Shown piece after piece: positions 19,648 to 29,763 of a stretch of 64,000 bases of DNA (positions are counted from its first letter, which is position 1; each line of letters begins with the position of its first letter). The stretch covers positions 544,001 to 608,000 of the forward strand of contig CAVPLM010000003.1 in NCBI GenBank assembly GCA_963706025.1, given 5' to 3'. The notes beneath the pieces are model-generated. The model had not been told where the DNA came from. It searched no databases and saw only the letters and a list, made by a program, of their open reading frames with translations. Origin of the DNA: an uncultured Actinomycetes bacterium (GTDB lineage: Bacteria > Actinomycetota > Thermoleophilia > RBG-16-64-13). A program made the position numbers and the translations under genes.

Positions 19648-20676
19648 TCAGGCCCGGACGCGCATGCCCAGGTACTTGTTGGTGAGCCCCACGGCCTCCA
19701 GCCGGTCCGTCTGCATGGGAACGCAGGCCCGAATGCCGTCGATGGTTTCAGGGATGACCACCGCTTCCTGGGGGATGTAGATGGCGAACATGACGTCCTT
19801 GCCGGAAAGACCAACGCATTCCTCCCACACGCCGATCTCATACATGTCGGCCCGTTTGGTGCCGAGATGCCGCGCGTACTGGAAGAAGGCCGCGTTGGAG
19901 TTAAAGCCGTCCGAGATCTTGACTACCCGGATGCGCGGGTGCTGCTTGAAGATGGAGATGACTTCCTCCACGCCGATGGACTTCTTGGGAGTGGCGACCA
20001 GGTTGACTATGTGCCCGTGAGTGACCGGCGTATGGACGAGCAGGCCGGTGGCATGCACGTGAGGCATGATCTTCATCAGGTCGACGCACTGATGGTTGGG
20101 GACTTTTTCCACCTGGAGAACGTCGACCAAGCCCCGGTGAGTATCGCCCGGGTCGGCCACCCGGCGGATGATGGTGATGGCCACCTTCTCCATCCCCACG
20201 ACCCGGTCGAGGGCATCCACGGCCCGGATGAGGCCGGTGGTGTTGCACGAGGTCAGCTTGAGGAAGTCCTTTCCTATGCCATTCTCGTAGTTGGCGTACC
20301 CGTGGAAGAAGACATCGGCGATGTCGTCTTTCTCGCCCCCCTGAAAGATGGCTTTGACATCGTGCTTGCGATAGAGATCCTTCATCTTGGCGCCGACGCC
20401 ACCGGGTGTGGCGTCCAGGGCCACATCGATCTGCGCGAGGAGGTCTTCAAGCGAGCCTGCCAACTGTACGCCGGCGGCGGAGAACTTGTCCTTCTGTCCT
20501 TCGTCCACGTAGAAGACTTTGAAAGGCGCACCGCTCTCCTGGAGAGCGCGCAGCGGCAGGGTAGGGGCGACGTCAGCCACCCCGACCAGCTCCATGTCGC
20601 CTTGGGCCGCGACCCCATCGGCGAGCCTGCTCCCGATGGTCCCGTAACCGATTACTGCTACTCGAATCTTACTCAC
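19648..20676 (-). CDS. gap: Class II (archaeal-type) glyceraldehyde-3-phosphate dehydrogenase
   Basis: GYGTIGSRLADGVAAQGDMELVGV, DATPGGVG, IFQGGEK, SCNTTGL, RRVADP and IPQEAVVIPETIDGIRA are class II signatures; GTG start with GGAGG RBS. Confidence 0.9.
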   Translation of the reverse strand: MSKIRVAVIGYGTIGSRLADGVAAQGDMELVGVADVAPTLPLRALQESGAPFKVFYVDEGQKDKFSAAGVQLAGSLEDLLAQIDVALDATPGGVGAKMKDLYRKHDVKAIFQGGEKDDIADVFFHGYANYENGIGKDFLKLTSCNTTGLIRAVDALDRVVGMEKVAITIIRRVADPGDTHRGLVDVLQVEKVPNHQCVDLMKIMPHVHATGLLVHTPVTHGHIVNLVATPKKSIGVEEVISIFKQHPRIRVVKISDGFNSNAAFFQYARHLGTKRADMYEIGVWEECVGLSGKDVMFAIYIPQEAVVIPETIDGIRACVPMQTDRLEAVGLTNKYLGMRVRA

Positions 20677-20754
20677 TTCAGGCCTCCCTCCATTGGTACA
20701 GATCCCGACCACGCGGTCGGCTCACGGAGCCTCGCCGGTCCCTCGACTCCTGCA

Positions 20755-22185
20755 TTACCCAGCGTGAAGCGCGCAGCCGGCAGCGGCAAGAGCAGCTTCT
20801 CCGAGGGCCTCGGACAGCGTGGGATGTGCACGGATGACCGAGGAAAGCTCGGTCAGCGTGGCCTCAAGTTCCATGGCCAGCACCGCCTCCGCCAGAAGCT
20901 CTCCAACGTGGGGTCCGACCATGTGAACGCCGAGCACCTGGCCGAAACGTGCTTCGGCTACTATCTTCACAAGCCCGGAATCGCTCGCCTGGGTCTGTGC
21001 GCGACCCGAGGCCGAGAAGGGGAATCTCCCCACCAGGACTTCACGGCCAGTCTCCCTTGCCCGCGCTTCGGTCAGCCCCACGCTTGCTACTTCTGGGTCC
21101 GTATAGGTGACCGAGGGAATGCGATCGGCCCTGACTGGCTGGGGCGAGAGACCGGCCAGCTTCTCGACCGCGACTATGCCCTGGCGAGATGCGACGTGAG
21201 CGAGCAACGCCTGCCCCGTGACATCCCCGATGGCCAGCACCGAAGGCACATTGGTCACCTGGTAAGCATCTGTCAAGACGTACCCTCGAGAGTCGGTCTT
21301 GATACCAGCGGCGGCGAGGTTCAGCCCCTCGGTATAGGGGAATCTTCCGGCAGCCACAAGGACGTATTCCGCAGATAAACCATTGAGCGGTGCACCCGAG
21401 AACTCCACGCTCAAGCCACCCGTGTCCTCTCGAATCGCCTTGACTGCACTCTCTGTGTGGATTGACACCCCCTCGGCCGCAAGCGACTTGGCCAAGATCT
21501 TGCTCATATCAGAGTCCTCGCGGGGAAGGATCGACGGTAGCGCCTCTACGAGAGTGACCTTCGAGCCCAAGCGGGCAAAAATGAGACTCCACTCGCAGCC
21601 CACTGCCCCCGCGCCCACGACGATCAAGCTGGATGGGATTGACTTGAGAGCGAGCGCTCCGTCGGAGTCGAGCACCCGAGGATGATCGGCGCCGGGAATA
21701 GGCAGTGCCGCCGGCTTCGAACCGGTCGCCACCATAATGTGGGCGGCCTCCACCGTCTCTTGGGCGCCAAGCGCCGCGCCCTTGCCGGCACCGATATCGG
21801 CCTCAACCGGCTCGACGACCAGCGTGCGCGGTCCCACGAAGGAAGCGCGCCCGGCCAGGACCTCCACCTTGGCGTGCCTGAGCAGGGTGCGTACCCCGCT
21901 GCGGAGCTTGGCGACCACGTCCTCGCGGCGCTCAAGAGCAGCCGCATAGTCGATGCGTGGCTCCCCCTTGACGATCACCCCGTAGGTAGCGGCGTGCCGC
22001 ACTTCATGAGCGACCGCCGCCGTCTGCAGCATCGCCTTGGTGGGGATGCACCCTCGGTTCAGGCAGATGCCTCCCAGATGGGTGCTCTCGATCAGAGTCA
22101 CCTTCATCCCCAGTTGAGCGGCACGCAGAGCGGCGACATATCCGCCGGGTCCCGCGCCGATGATAGCGAGATCAGTCGTTGCCAT
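20755..22185 (-). CDS. lpdA: Dihydrolipoyl dehydrogenase (E3)
   Basis: GAGPGGYVAA, GGICLNRGCIPTK redox disulfide and C-terminal HPTLSE. Confidence 0.95.
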   Translation of the reverse strand: MATTDLAIIGAGPGGYVAALRAAQLGMKVTLIESTHLGGICLNRGCIPTKAMLQTAAVAHEVRHAATYGVIVKGEPRIDYAAALERREDVVAKLRSGVRTLLRHAKVEVLAGRASFVGPRTLVVEPVEADIGAGKGAALGAQETVEAAHIMVATGSKPAALPIPGADHPRVLDSDGALALKSIPSSLIVVGAGAVGCEWSLIFARLGSKVTLVEALPSILPREDSDMSKILAKSLAAEGVSIHTESAVKAIREDTGGLSVEFSGAPLNGLSAEYVLVAAGRFPYTEGLNLAAAGIKTDSRGYVLTDAYQVTNVPSVLAIGDVTGQALLAHVASRQGIVAVEKLAGLSPQPVRADRIPSVTYTDPEVASVGLTEARARETGREVLVGRFPFSASGRAQTQASDSGLVKIVAEARFGQVLGVHMVGPHVGELLAEAVLAMELEATLTELSSVIRAHPTLSEALGEAALAAAGCALHAG

Positions 22186-22190
22186 GGGCG

Positions 22191-23584
22191 TCAACAGACT
22201 GCGAGCAGCTCATAGGGCTGCTCAAGGTAGTGTTTGACTGTGCGCAAGAAGGCTGCGGCCGGGGCTCCGTCGATGATCCGGTGGTCGAAGGTCAGACTCA
22301 GATACATCATGGAACGGATGGCGATCTGGCCGTCCAGGACCACCGGTTTTTGAACGATGCGGCCGATCCCTAGGATTCCGGCCTCGGGAAGGTTGATGAT
22401 GGGGGTGAAGGCATCGATCTCGTAGGTGCCCAGGTTGGTGACCGTGAAGGTCCCTCCGGTCACATCGTCGGCAACCAGCGTACCGGCCCGGGCCCGTTCG
22501 ATCTTGTCCCGCGACTCCTGGGCTATAGCCTGCACACCCTTGACGTCGGCGTCGTGGATCACCGGGACCACCAGGCCGTCGGCAACCGCGACCGCCACCC
22601 CCACGTTGACCGCGTCCAGCAGCTGGATCTCTTCTTCGCCCACTCGGGCGTTCATCAGGGGGTGCTCGCGCAATGCTTGGGCCGTGATCTTGACCACGAT
22701 GTCGGTGTAGGAGGGACGTACTCCGCCCTGGCTCTCGGCCCGGGCCAGCAAGCAGTCGCGCATCCGCACCGTTTCGGTGACGTCCACTTCGGTGGTGTGC
22801 GTGACCCGGGGGATGGTCCGGGCGCTCTGGAACATCCTCTGGGCGACGATCCGACGCAGGCCGGCCATGGGCACCACGGAGGCGATCTCCGCCGGGGCCA
22901 GGGGCAGACCCGCCCGGGTGGCGGAGCCCACGTCGGCCGGGGCCGGCCCCGCAGCAGGTGCCCCCGCGGCGAGGACATCGGCTCCCCGGATGCGGCCGCT
23001 AACCCCGGTGCCTGCCACGCCGGCCAGGTCCACTCCGGACTCGGCGGCCAGCTTCTTGGCTAGGGGCGTGGCCCGGACCGTGCCGACTGCGGCCTGCTCG
23101 TTCTGCGTACTTGGCCACATCGTCTTCGGTCACCCGGCCCCCGGGACCGGTGCCGGTGACCAGAGCCAGATCGAGGCCCCGCTCGCGTGCCGCCCGCTTG
23201 GCCGCTGGAGAGGCCTTCACGTATTCGCCGCTCCCAACCGACTGGGCGGCCACGGTCGCCACGGCTTCTGCGGGCTTGGTGGCATCGGCCCGTTCCTCGC
23301 CAGGCTCGGCGGTCGCAGCTGCGTCCTTATCGGGCACTTCCTCCCCAGCTTCGCCGATCCAGCAGAGGGCCCCCTCGACCGGGACGACTGTATCCACGGG
23401 AGCCACGATCTTGAGCAGCACCCCGGCTTCGGGGGCTTCGACCACATTGTTCACCTTGTCGGTGAGCACCTCCACAATCGACTCGCCCTTGGCGACGGCC
23501 TCTCCCTCCTGCTTCAGCCACTCAGTCACCGTGACTTCCTGCGGTGGTGAGTCCCATATAGGGCACATTCACTCTGGTCGCCAT
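22191..23584 (-). CDS. Dihydrolipoamide acyltransferase (E2); two frameshifts near 23540 and 23100
   Basis: Lipoyl domain EVLTDKVN, two E3-binding domains (KASPAAKR..GTGPGGRV, RATPLAKK..GTGVSGRI) and catalytic DHRIIDG. Confidence 0.9.
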
Positions 23585-23593
23585 GATTGCCCC

Positions 23594-24571
23594 CTAAAGG
23601 AGTCCGCGGACGGCACTAGCGATGTCGTTCTCATCGGGGATGAAGGCCTTCTCGAGCACCGGGCTGAAGGGAACCGGAGTGTCCCACCCGCACACGCGCG
23701 CCACCGGGGCATCCAGGTAGTCAAAGACGTTCTCCGTTATCCGCGAGGCGATCTCCGCCCCGATGCCGCACGGTCTTGCGAGCTTCGTGAACGATGACCG
23801 CCCGATGGGTCTTACGCACCGATTCACAGATGCGCTCCAGGTCCAGGGGCCTGATGGTGCGGGGGTCGATCACCTCCACGCTCATGCCCTCCTCGGCCAG
23901 CTTCTCGGCCGCCGCGAGCGCCTTGGGCACCATGGCCGATATGGCGACCACGGTGACATCCGTGCCCTCTCGGGGAACCGCGGCCACCCCGAAGGGGATG
24001 GTGTACTCCTCCCCCTCGTCCGGCACCGGTCCGGTGGTCCGGTAGAGCATCTTGTGCTCGATGAAAACCACCGGGTCCTCGCCCCGGATGGCGGTCTTTA
24101 AGAGACCCTTGGCATCATACGGGGTGGCCGGCATCACCAGAAGGAGGCCGGGCGAATGCAGTATCCAGGCCTCCAGGCACTGGGAATGGTGGGCGGCTGC
24201 TCCGCGGCCGGCACCTTCCGCGGTCCGGATCACCAGGGGCAGCTGGCTTTGCCGCCGAACATGTACCGGATCTGGCCCGCTTGGTTGGCGATCTGGTCCA
24301 GGCACACCCCGAGGAAGTCGGTCTGCATGATCTCCGGCACGGGGCGCATGCCCGTCATGGCCGCCCCTATGCCGCAGCCCACGATGGCCGATTCAGATAT
24401 GGGCGTATCGCGGACTCTCTCCTCGCCGAACTGCTCGCGCAGGTCGCCGCTCACGCCGTAGATCCCCCCGTAGGGTCCGCAGTCCTCGCCGAACATGAAC
24501 ACGGTCGGATCGCGGAGCATCTCTTCCCGGAGGGCTTCTCTCACCGCCTGACTGTAGGAAATCTCTCTCAT
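23594..24571 (-). CDS. ThDP-dependent dehydrogenase E1 beta subunit (acetoin/pyruvate type); frameshifts near 24245 and 23771
   Basis: [35 protein letters not shown] and FDYLDAPV across three ORF pieces. Confidence 0.9.
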
Positions 24572-24599
24572 TTACGTGCTCCCCTAGTCATGGAAGAGG

Positions 24600-25616
24600 C
24601 TACAGGCCTGAATCGGCCAGATGGGCAAAAGCGGGGCTGTAGACGTCGGTCTTGCCGTCCTTCAACTCCGGGAAGGGGGCGCTCTTCGCATAAGCGACGG
24701 CCGACTCTATCTCCGCGTCGATCTCCGCGTGGATGGCGTCCAGTTGCTTCTGGGTAGCTTGCTTGGACTCCTTCAGCCACACTCCGAACCGGGCGATGGC
24801 GTCCTTTTCGGGGGCCTCCCACTGCTGCATCTCCTCGGCCGAGCGATAGCGCATCCCCCGGCCGGGATCACCCTCGAAATGCCCGCGCAGGCGATAGGTC
24901 TTGCACTCGACCAGAGACGGCCCCTCTCCGGACCTGGCCCGCTCAACGGCGGCCGCGACCGCCTCGTAGACGGCCATCACGTCGTTTCCATCTACAACGA
25001 CACCGGGCATGCCGTAGCCCGGCGCCCTGTCGGCCACGTCAGTGATGGCCTGATGCCGTTCTTGCGAAACCGAGATGCCATAGCCGTTGTTCTCGCAGAC
25101 AAAGACGAGGGGCACCTTCCAGGTGGCCGCCAGGTTGAGCGCCTCGTGCGCCGCTCCAGAGTTGGAGGCGGCATCCCCGAAGAAGGCCAGACAGACCTGG
25201 CCTGATTGGCGCAGCAGGGCGGAGTAGGCAGCCCCGACGGCTATGGGAAGACCGGAGCCGACGATGCCCATGGCGCCCAGAATGCCCAGGTCCAGATCGG
25301 CGATGTGCATGGACCCGCCCTTGCCCTTGCAGTATCCGGTCGCCCGTCCGAAGAGCTCGGCCATCATCTTGTCGGTCTGGCCGCCCTTGGCGATCAGATG
25401 GCCGTGGCCCCGGTGGGTGCTCGTGATGTAGTCGTCAGGCTTGAGGGCGCTGCACGCTCCCACGGCCACCGCCTCCTCGCCTGCGTAGAGGTGGGCGAGG
25501 CCGGGCATGGTGCCCTCGGCATACATCTCCACGATCTTCTCCTCAAACCGCCGTATGCGCAGCATCTTGCGATACATCTCGAGGAGCTGCTCTCTGCTCG
25601 GGCTCTTGGGGCTCAA
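24600..25616 (-). CDS. ThDP-dependent dehydrogenase E1 alpha subunit (AcoA/PdhA-like)
   Basis: HLYAGEEA, STHRGHGH, GKGGSMH, GDAA...CENN ThDP motif and TYRLRGHFEGD (acetoin-dehydrogenase-like). Confidence 0.92.
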   Translation of the reverse strand: MSPKSPSREQLLEMYRKMLRIRRFEEKIVEMYAEGTMPGLAHLYAGEEAVAVGACSALKPDDYITSTHRGHGHLIAKGGQTDKMMAELFGRATGYCKGKGGSMHIADLDLGILGAMGIVGSGLPIAVGAAYSALLRQSGQVCLAFFGDAASNSGAAHEALNLAATWKVPLVFVCENNGYGISVSQERHQAITDVADRAPGYGMPGVVVDGNDVMAVYEAVAAAVERARSGEGPSLVECKTYRLRGHFEGDPGRGMRYRSAEEMQQWEAPEKDAIARFGVWLKESKQATQKQLDAIHAEIDAEIESAVAYAKSAPFPELKDGKTDVYSPAFAHLADSGL

Positions 25617-26045
25617 GTCGGAACTCCTTCACATTTCGTCGTCCGCAAACACCGACTCCTCATCGCGTAGGCTCTTTCGCTGGCCTGTCGATCCACCCTT
25701 GCCTAGTGCCGGTTCTCACCAGGCTCGGAGTATTGCCGAATAGCTGAACCGTGATCACTTCAGTCCTCGTCGTGTCTGAGGTCGAAGTGCAAGAAGTGGA
25801 ATTGTCATCAACCCAGACTCAGGACGACCCACTGAACCTTGGCCCCTTTCGAATTGTGGCAACCTATCCCTCAGGGTCGAACCCAACTTCACCGGACAAC
25901 CTCGGCTCTGCGTCCATGTCTCGTCTCGCCCAGTCCGTTCAGACGCCGCCGTTCATGTCGAGCATAGTTCAGGCGAAATACGGGGAGCCGTTGTACGGGA
26001 GAAGAGACGTGGAATTTGCGGTAACTGCCCCCCACCGGATCTCCT

Positions 26046-26137
26046 CGACCCGCCAAAACGAGCGCCCGACTATACCGACAGTGTGATATTGGCCCAAAGG
26101 GCAGGTTTTGTCAATATGTCCAATCGCTTTCAGATAA
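26046..26137 (-). promoter_or_regulatory. Promoter/leader copy 1 (left catabolic operon)
   Basis: Minus strand ATTGACAAAACC...CAATATCAC..CTGTCG..AGTCGGGCGCTCGTTTTGGCGGGTCG; TTGACA-17 nt-CAATAT; homologous to 27083-27172. Confidence 0.75.
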
Positions 26138-26188
26138 AGACAAACCCATGGCCCGGTCGGGTCTGCTGACAGCGCGTCGAGAGGTCAG

Positions 26189-27007
26189 CTACTCTTGGCG
26201 CTCGACTGGGGCAGGATAGTGCCCAGAGTAGCCCAAGGCGCGAGAGGCCTCCTCGTTTGCTGCGAGGACCGCCTTGACCGCCGCAGGCTTTCTTGCGTCG
26301 CGTCTGGACAAAGGCATGGCGATACTCAGCGCACCCAAGACGCTTTCCCCAGCGTCGAAGTAGGGGGCGGCTATGGCGCATATGCCTTCGTCAAACTCCC
26401 CTGGGTCTTCCGCATAGCCCTGTGAGGCGATCACCGCGAGTTCCTTACGCAGAAGCTCTGGGTCTGTGATGGTACGGGGTGTCTGTGCCGTAAGCTGGTG
26501 CGTCTCCAGGAAGTGCGTCAACCCGGGTTCGCCCAGGTACGCCAGCATAGCCTTGCCCGATGCACGGGAGTGGGCGGCGGCTCTGAGACCGGGTCGAAGT
26601 CCTGACACTCTTAGGTGTTGAGGACCCTCGACTACTGCGCGAAGGACCACATCACCACCTTCCCAGCTCGAGACGCAGGCTGTCTCACCAGTCAACTCTG
26701 AGAGATGGCCCAGAATCTGAATCAGATCTCTTTCAGGCCGCAGTTGACGGGAGTAGGTACCATAAAGGTTTCCCAGCGCTTGCCCAAGCCGAATCTTGCG
26801 GTCAGCCGCCTTGGATACATACTCTCGGTCGAGGAGCGTGTTGACCAGACGGTAGCACGTGGACAGGTTCAAATTGAGCGACTCGCTGAGCTGCTTCACT
26901 GTCGCTCCGTCCGACTGCTGTGCGAGCAGGTCGAGTACGCTCAGTCCACGGTCGAGCGTAAGAAGCCCTGCCGAGGCCTTATCATCGCTATCTAGAAGCC
27001 TTCTCAT
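26189..27007 (-). CDS. IclR-family transcriptional regulator
   Basis: N-terminal HTH (TLDRGLSVLDLL..STCYRLVNTL); RASGKAMLA, TPRTIT, GYA..GE...GICAIAAP; extended -10 TGGTATATT and RBS GGGGAGG upstream of ATG 27007. Confidence 0.93.
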   Translation of the reverse strand: MRRLLDSDDKASAGLLTLDRGLSVLDLLAQQSDGATVKQLSESLNLNLSTCYRLVNTLLDREYVSKAADRKIRLGQALGNLYGTYSRQLRPERDLIQILGHLSELTGETACVSSWEGGDVVLRAVVEGPQHLRVSGLRPGLRAAAHSRASGKAMLAYLGEPGLTHFLETHQLTAQTPRTITDPELLRKELAVIASQGYAEDPGEFDEGICAIAAPYFDAGESVLGALSIAMPLSRRDARKPAAVKAVLAANEEASRALGYSGHYPAPVERQE

Positions 27008-27082
27008 TAGTTGACAAAACCTCCCCGGTTTGCTCAAGAATATACCATGGCGCGCTCGATGACAGACACGCCCTGATAATCT

Positions 27083-27172
27083 CTATCTGGAACAAATTAG
27101 GGATATTGACAAAACCCGTCCGGTACGCCAGTATCACTCTGTCGACAGTCGGGTGCTCGTGTTGGCGAGTCG
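27083..27172 (+). promoter_or_regulatory. Promoter/leader copy 2 (right catabolic operon)
   Basis: ATTGACAAAACC...CAGTATCAC..CTGTCG..AGTCGGGTGCTCGTGTTGGCGAGTCG; TTGACA (27106)-17 nt-CAGTAT. Confidence 0.75.
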
Positions 27173-27229
27173 TAGTGACCGGGCTTTCCGCCCTACGAGG
27201 CGCATCCAGAGCCGCAAGGAGCTTGCGAA

Positions 27230-28312
27230 ATGAGCAAAGCGGATGTGGTGCTCGAGAGCATCACCAAAGTCTTTGGTCGTACCGTGGCCGTTGATAACTT
27301 GTCGCTGTCGGTCCAGGAAGGGGAGTTTCTCTCTTTGATTGGGCCGAGCGGCTGTGGTAAGACGACGACCCTTCGGATTATCGCCGGCCTGGAAGAGCCC
27401 ACCAGCGGCACCGTCATCATCAAGGACGAGCGCATGGAGCACGTCCCAGCTCACAAACGGGGCACGGGGATGGTTTTCCAGAGCTTCGCCCTGTTCCCGC
27501 ACATGAACGTGCAGAAGAACGTGGAATTCGGGCTCAGGATGCGCGGTGATGACGCGCAGACCAGAGCCGACAAGACAAGGAAAGCGTTGGCTTCTGTGGG
27601 ACTCGATGTTCTCGGTTCTCGAAGCATCTCGCAGTTGAGCGGAGGCCAGAAGCAGAGAGTCGCTCTGGCGCGGTCTCTGGTCACCGAGCCCAGCGTTCTG
27701 CTTCTTGACGAGCCGCTAGGATCACTGGATGCCAGCCTTCGCATCGTCATGCAAGGCGAATTGAAGGCGCTGCAGAAACAGCTTGGCATCACGTTCATCC
27801 ACGTCACCCACAATCAAAGCGAAGCTCTCGCAATGGCCGACCGGATAGCGGTCATGATTGAGGGCCGGATTGAGCAGTTGGGCACACCGTGGGAGATCTA
27901 CGATGAGCCGGCCTCGAAGTTCGTGGCACAGTTCGTGGGCAAGAACAATATTATCGACGGCGTAGTCGAGTCCGTTGACGGGACCCTGACAACCGTGTCC
28001 AGTCCTCTGGGTACGTTCCAGGCTCAATGCTCGGAGAAGAGGTGCCCCCAGGTTGGCAAAGAAGCGACTTATGTGGTGCGCGCCGACTGCTTGGTCATCG
28101 GGGAAGGAGGTGATGGCTTAGAGAACAGAGCAACCGGGATTCTGCAAGGAGAGGAACACATCGGTAACATCGCAACCTATGTGCTGGCCTCGGAGAACGG
28201 CCAACTACTCAAGGTAGAAGTGCACGAACGTACGACGGGGGGCTGGAAGCCTCAGTTTGGAGAGAAGCTTGGCGTTGCCTGGAAAACGGAGGATGCTCGC
28301 CTGCTTCTCTAG
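27230..28312 (+). CDS. ABC transporter ATP-binding subunit (PotA-like)
   Basis: GPSGCGKTT, LSGGQKQR, LLLDEP and VTHNQSEA; C-terminal TOBE-like region. Confidence 0.93.
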   Translation: MSKADVVLESITKVFGRTVAVDNLSLSVQEGEFLSLIGPSGCGKTTTLRIIAGLEEPTSGTVIIKDERMEHVPAHKRGTGMVFQSFALFPHMNVQKNVEFGLRMRGDDAQTRADKTRKALASVGLDVLGSRSISQLSGGQKQRVALARSLVTEPSVLLLDEPLGSLDASLRIVMQGELKALQKQLGITFIHVTHNQSEALAMADRIAVMIEGRIEQLGTPWEIYDEPASKFVAQFVGKNNIIDGVVESVDGTLTTVSSPLGTFQAQCSEKRCPQVGKEATYVVRADCLVIGEGGDGLENRATGILQGEEHIGNIATYVLASENGQLLKVEVHERTTGGWKPQFGEKLGVAWKTEDARLLL

Positions 28313-28388
28313 TTCTGGTGAGCGTGGAGGCGAGCACAGAGCGTTCCTGCCTGCGAATGCATCTCACTATTGATTGGGGGGCAAGAGG

Positions 28389-29753
28389 ATGAGTGACGAG
28401 CTGCAGCAAAAGAAGAACCACGAGCTATCTGAGCTAATGAAACGGATGACGGACAGCCAGATGACCCGGCGTCAGTTCATGGTGCGGGCGGCGGCGCTGG
28501 GCTTCGGCATGACGACCATCGGAGCAGCGTTGGCCGCCTGCGGCAGCGAGGAGACCACGACCACCACCATGGCAGCGACCACCACCACGGCAGCTGGCGC
28601 CACAACGACGGCCGGAGCCGCGACCACCACGACTGCCGGAGCAACAGCGACGACTGCGAGTATCGAGGGTGTCACCCTCAACGTAATGGCGCAAGGGGTG
28701 ATGCTCGCGGACAACATCGTCCAGAAGGCCCAAGAAGACACAGGCTTGATTCTGAACTGCACGGCCACCACTGAGCCGGACATGATGACCAGAATGCTCA
28801 CCGGCGGCGCCAGCCAGTACGACGTCGTTCAAGGCGCGACCTGCTACTTGGAGCCTATGTGGAACGCTGGGGTCCTGCAGCCTATTCCGTTGGAAAAGGT
28901 CCCCAACTGCAAGAACCTTCGCCCGCAGTTCACCGATCCCAGTGCCATCGGCGTGGGCGAGGACAGGTACCCAATCATGGTTTCCTGGCTTGACCCCAAC
29001 CCGGATGAGCAAACCACATTCAAAATGGTTCCGGCACTCTGGAACATGGAGGGCTGGGGCTACCTGTCAGACAAGTGCCCAGAGCTCAATAAGAGCTCGG
29101 ACCTTCCGTACAGCACCATGTGGGATCCCAAGTATAAGGGGCACGTGGGCATCTGGAACGACAGCGTTTGGGCGCCCGGCTGGACGGCCATGGCCATGGC
29201 GGCGAAGGGCATGCTGACACTATCTGGCAGCCCGTCGAAGCTGACAACGGAGGAGATCGACAAGGTAATGGCGCACCTGACCTCTCTCCGTCAGGCCGGT
29301 CAGTATCGAACCTACTGGAGCGACTACGGCGAGATCGTCAACCTGATGTCCAGCGGGGAGGTCTGGTGTGCCGACTGCTGGAACCCGATCGCTTCGGCCG
29401 TCAACCAGGTGACGCCTTGTACATTCGTCAACCCCACCGAGGGCGCGCGCGGGTGGATGCACGGTATGGTCGTCTCGAAGGAATGCAAGAACACTGACGC
29501 GGCCTTCGCCTACATCGACTGGTGCCAGAATGGTTGGCGTATGGCGCAGATTGCGCCAATGGGCCTCTATGAAACCACGAACGGCAACGTCAAGGAGTAT
29601 ATGAAGCCCGAAGACTACGCGTTCTGGTATGAGGGCACCGGCCGCGACGTCGGTTCGATGGAGCATCGGCTGCCCATGATCAACGCCTGGGTTGAGTACC
29701 CTGCCAATCCCGAGTATCAGCTCAGCAAGTGGCTGAACTTCCTGGCCTCGTAG
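28389..29753 (+). CDS. ABC substrate-binding lipoprotein (PotD/PotF-like) with Tat signal and Thr-rich linker
   Basis: TRRQFM twin-arginine motif, lipobox LAAC, WDPKYKGHV and PTEGARGW. Confidence 0.88.
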   Translation: MSDELQQKKNHELSELMKRMTDSQMTRRQFMVRAAALGFGMTTIGAALAACGSEETTTTTMAATTTTAAGATTTAGAATTTTAGATATTASIEGVTLNVMAQGVMLADNIVQKAQEDTGLILNCTATTEPDMMTRMLTGGASQYDVVQGATCYLEPMWNAGVLQPIPLEKVPNCKNLRPQFTDPSAIGVGEDRYPIMVSWLDPNPDEQTTFKMVPALWNMEGWGYLSDKCPELNKSSDLPYSTMWDPKYKGHVGIWNDSVWAPGWTAMAMAAKGMLTLSGSPSKLTTEEIDKVMAHLTSLRQAGQYRTYWSDYGEIVNLMSSGEVWCADCWNPIASAVNQVTPCTFVNPTEGARGWMHGMVVSKECKNTDAAFAYIDWCQNGWRMAQIAPMGLYETTNGNVKEYMKPEDYAFWYEGTGRDVGSMEHRLPMINAWVEYPANPEYQLSKWLNFLAS

Positions 29754-29763
29754 TCCCCCCTTT

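Noticed and set aside
19000-24260. Programmed ribosomal frameshifting as the explanation for split pgk, E2 and E1b
   Set aside because: No canonical slippery heptamers; the indels are mixed +1 and -1 and also occur in core genes, which favours sequencing error.
25751-26086. 111-aa plus-strand ORF between E1-alpha and iclR
   Set aside because: No RBS or recognisable motif; antisense to the predicted leader and overlapping its promoter.
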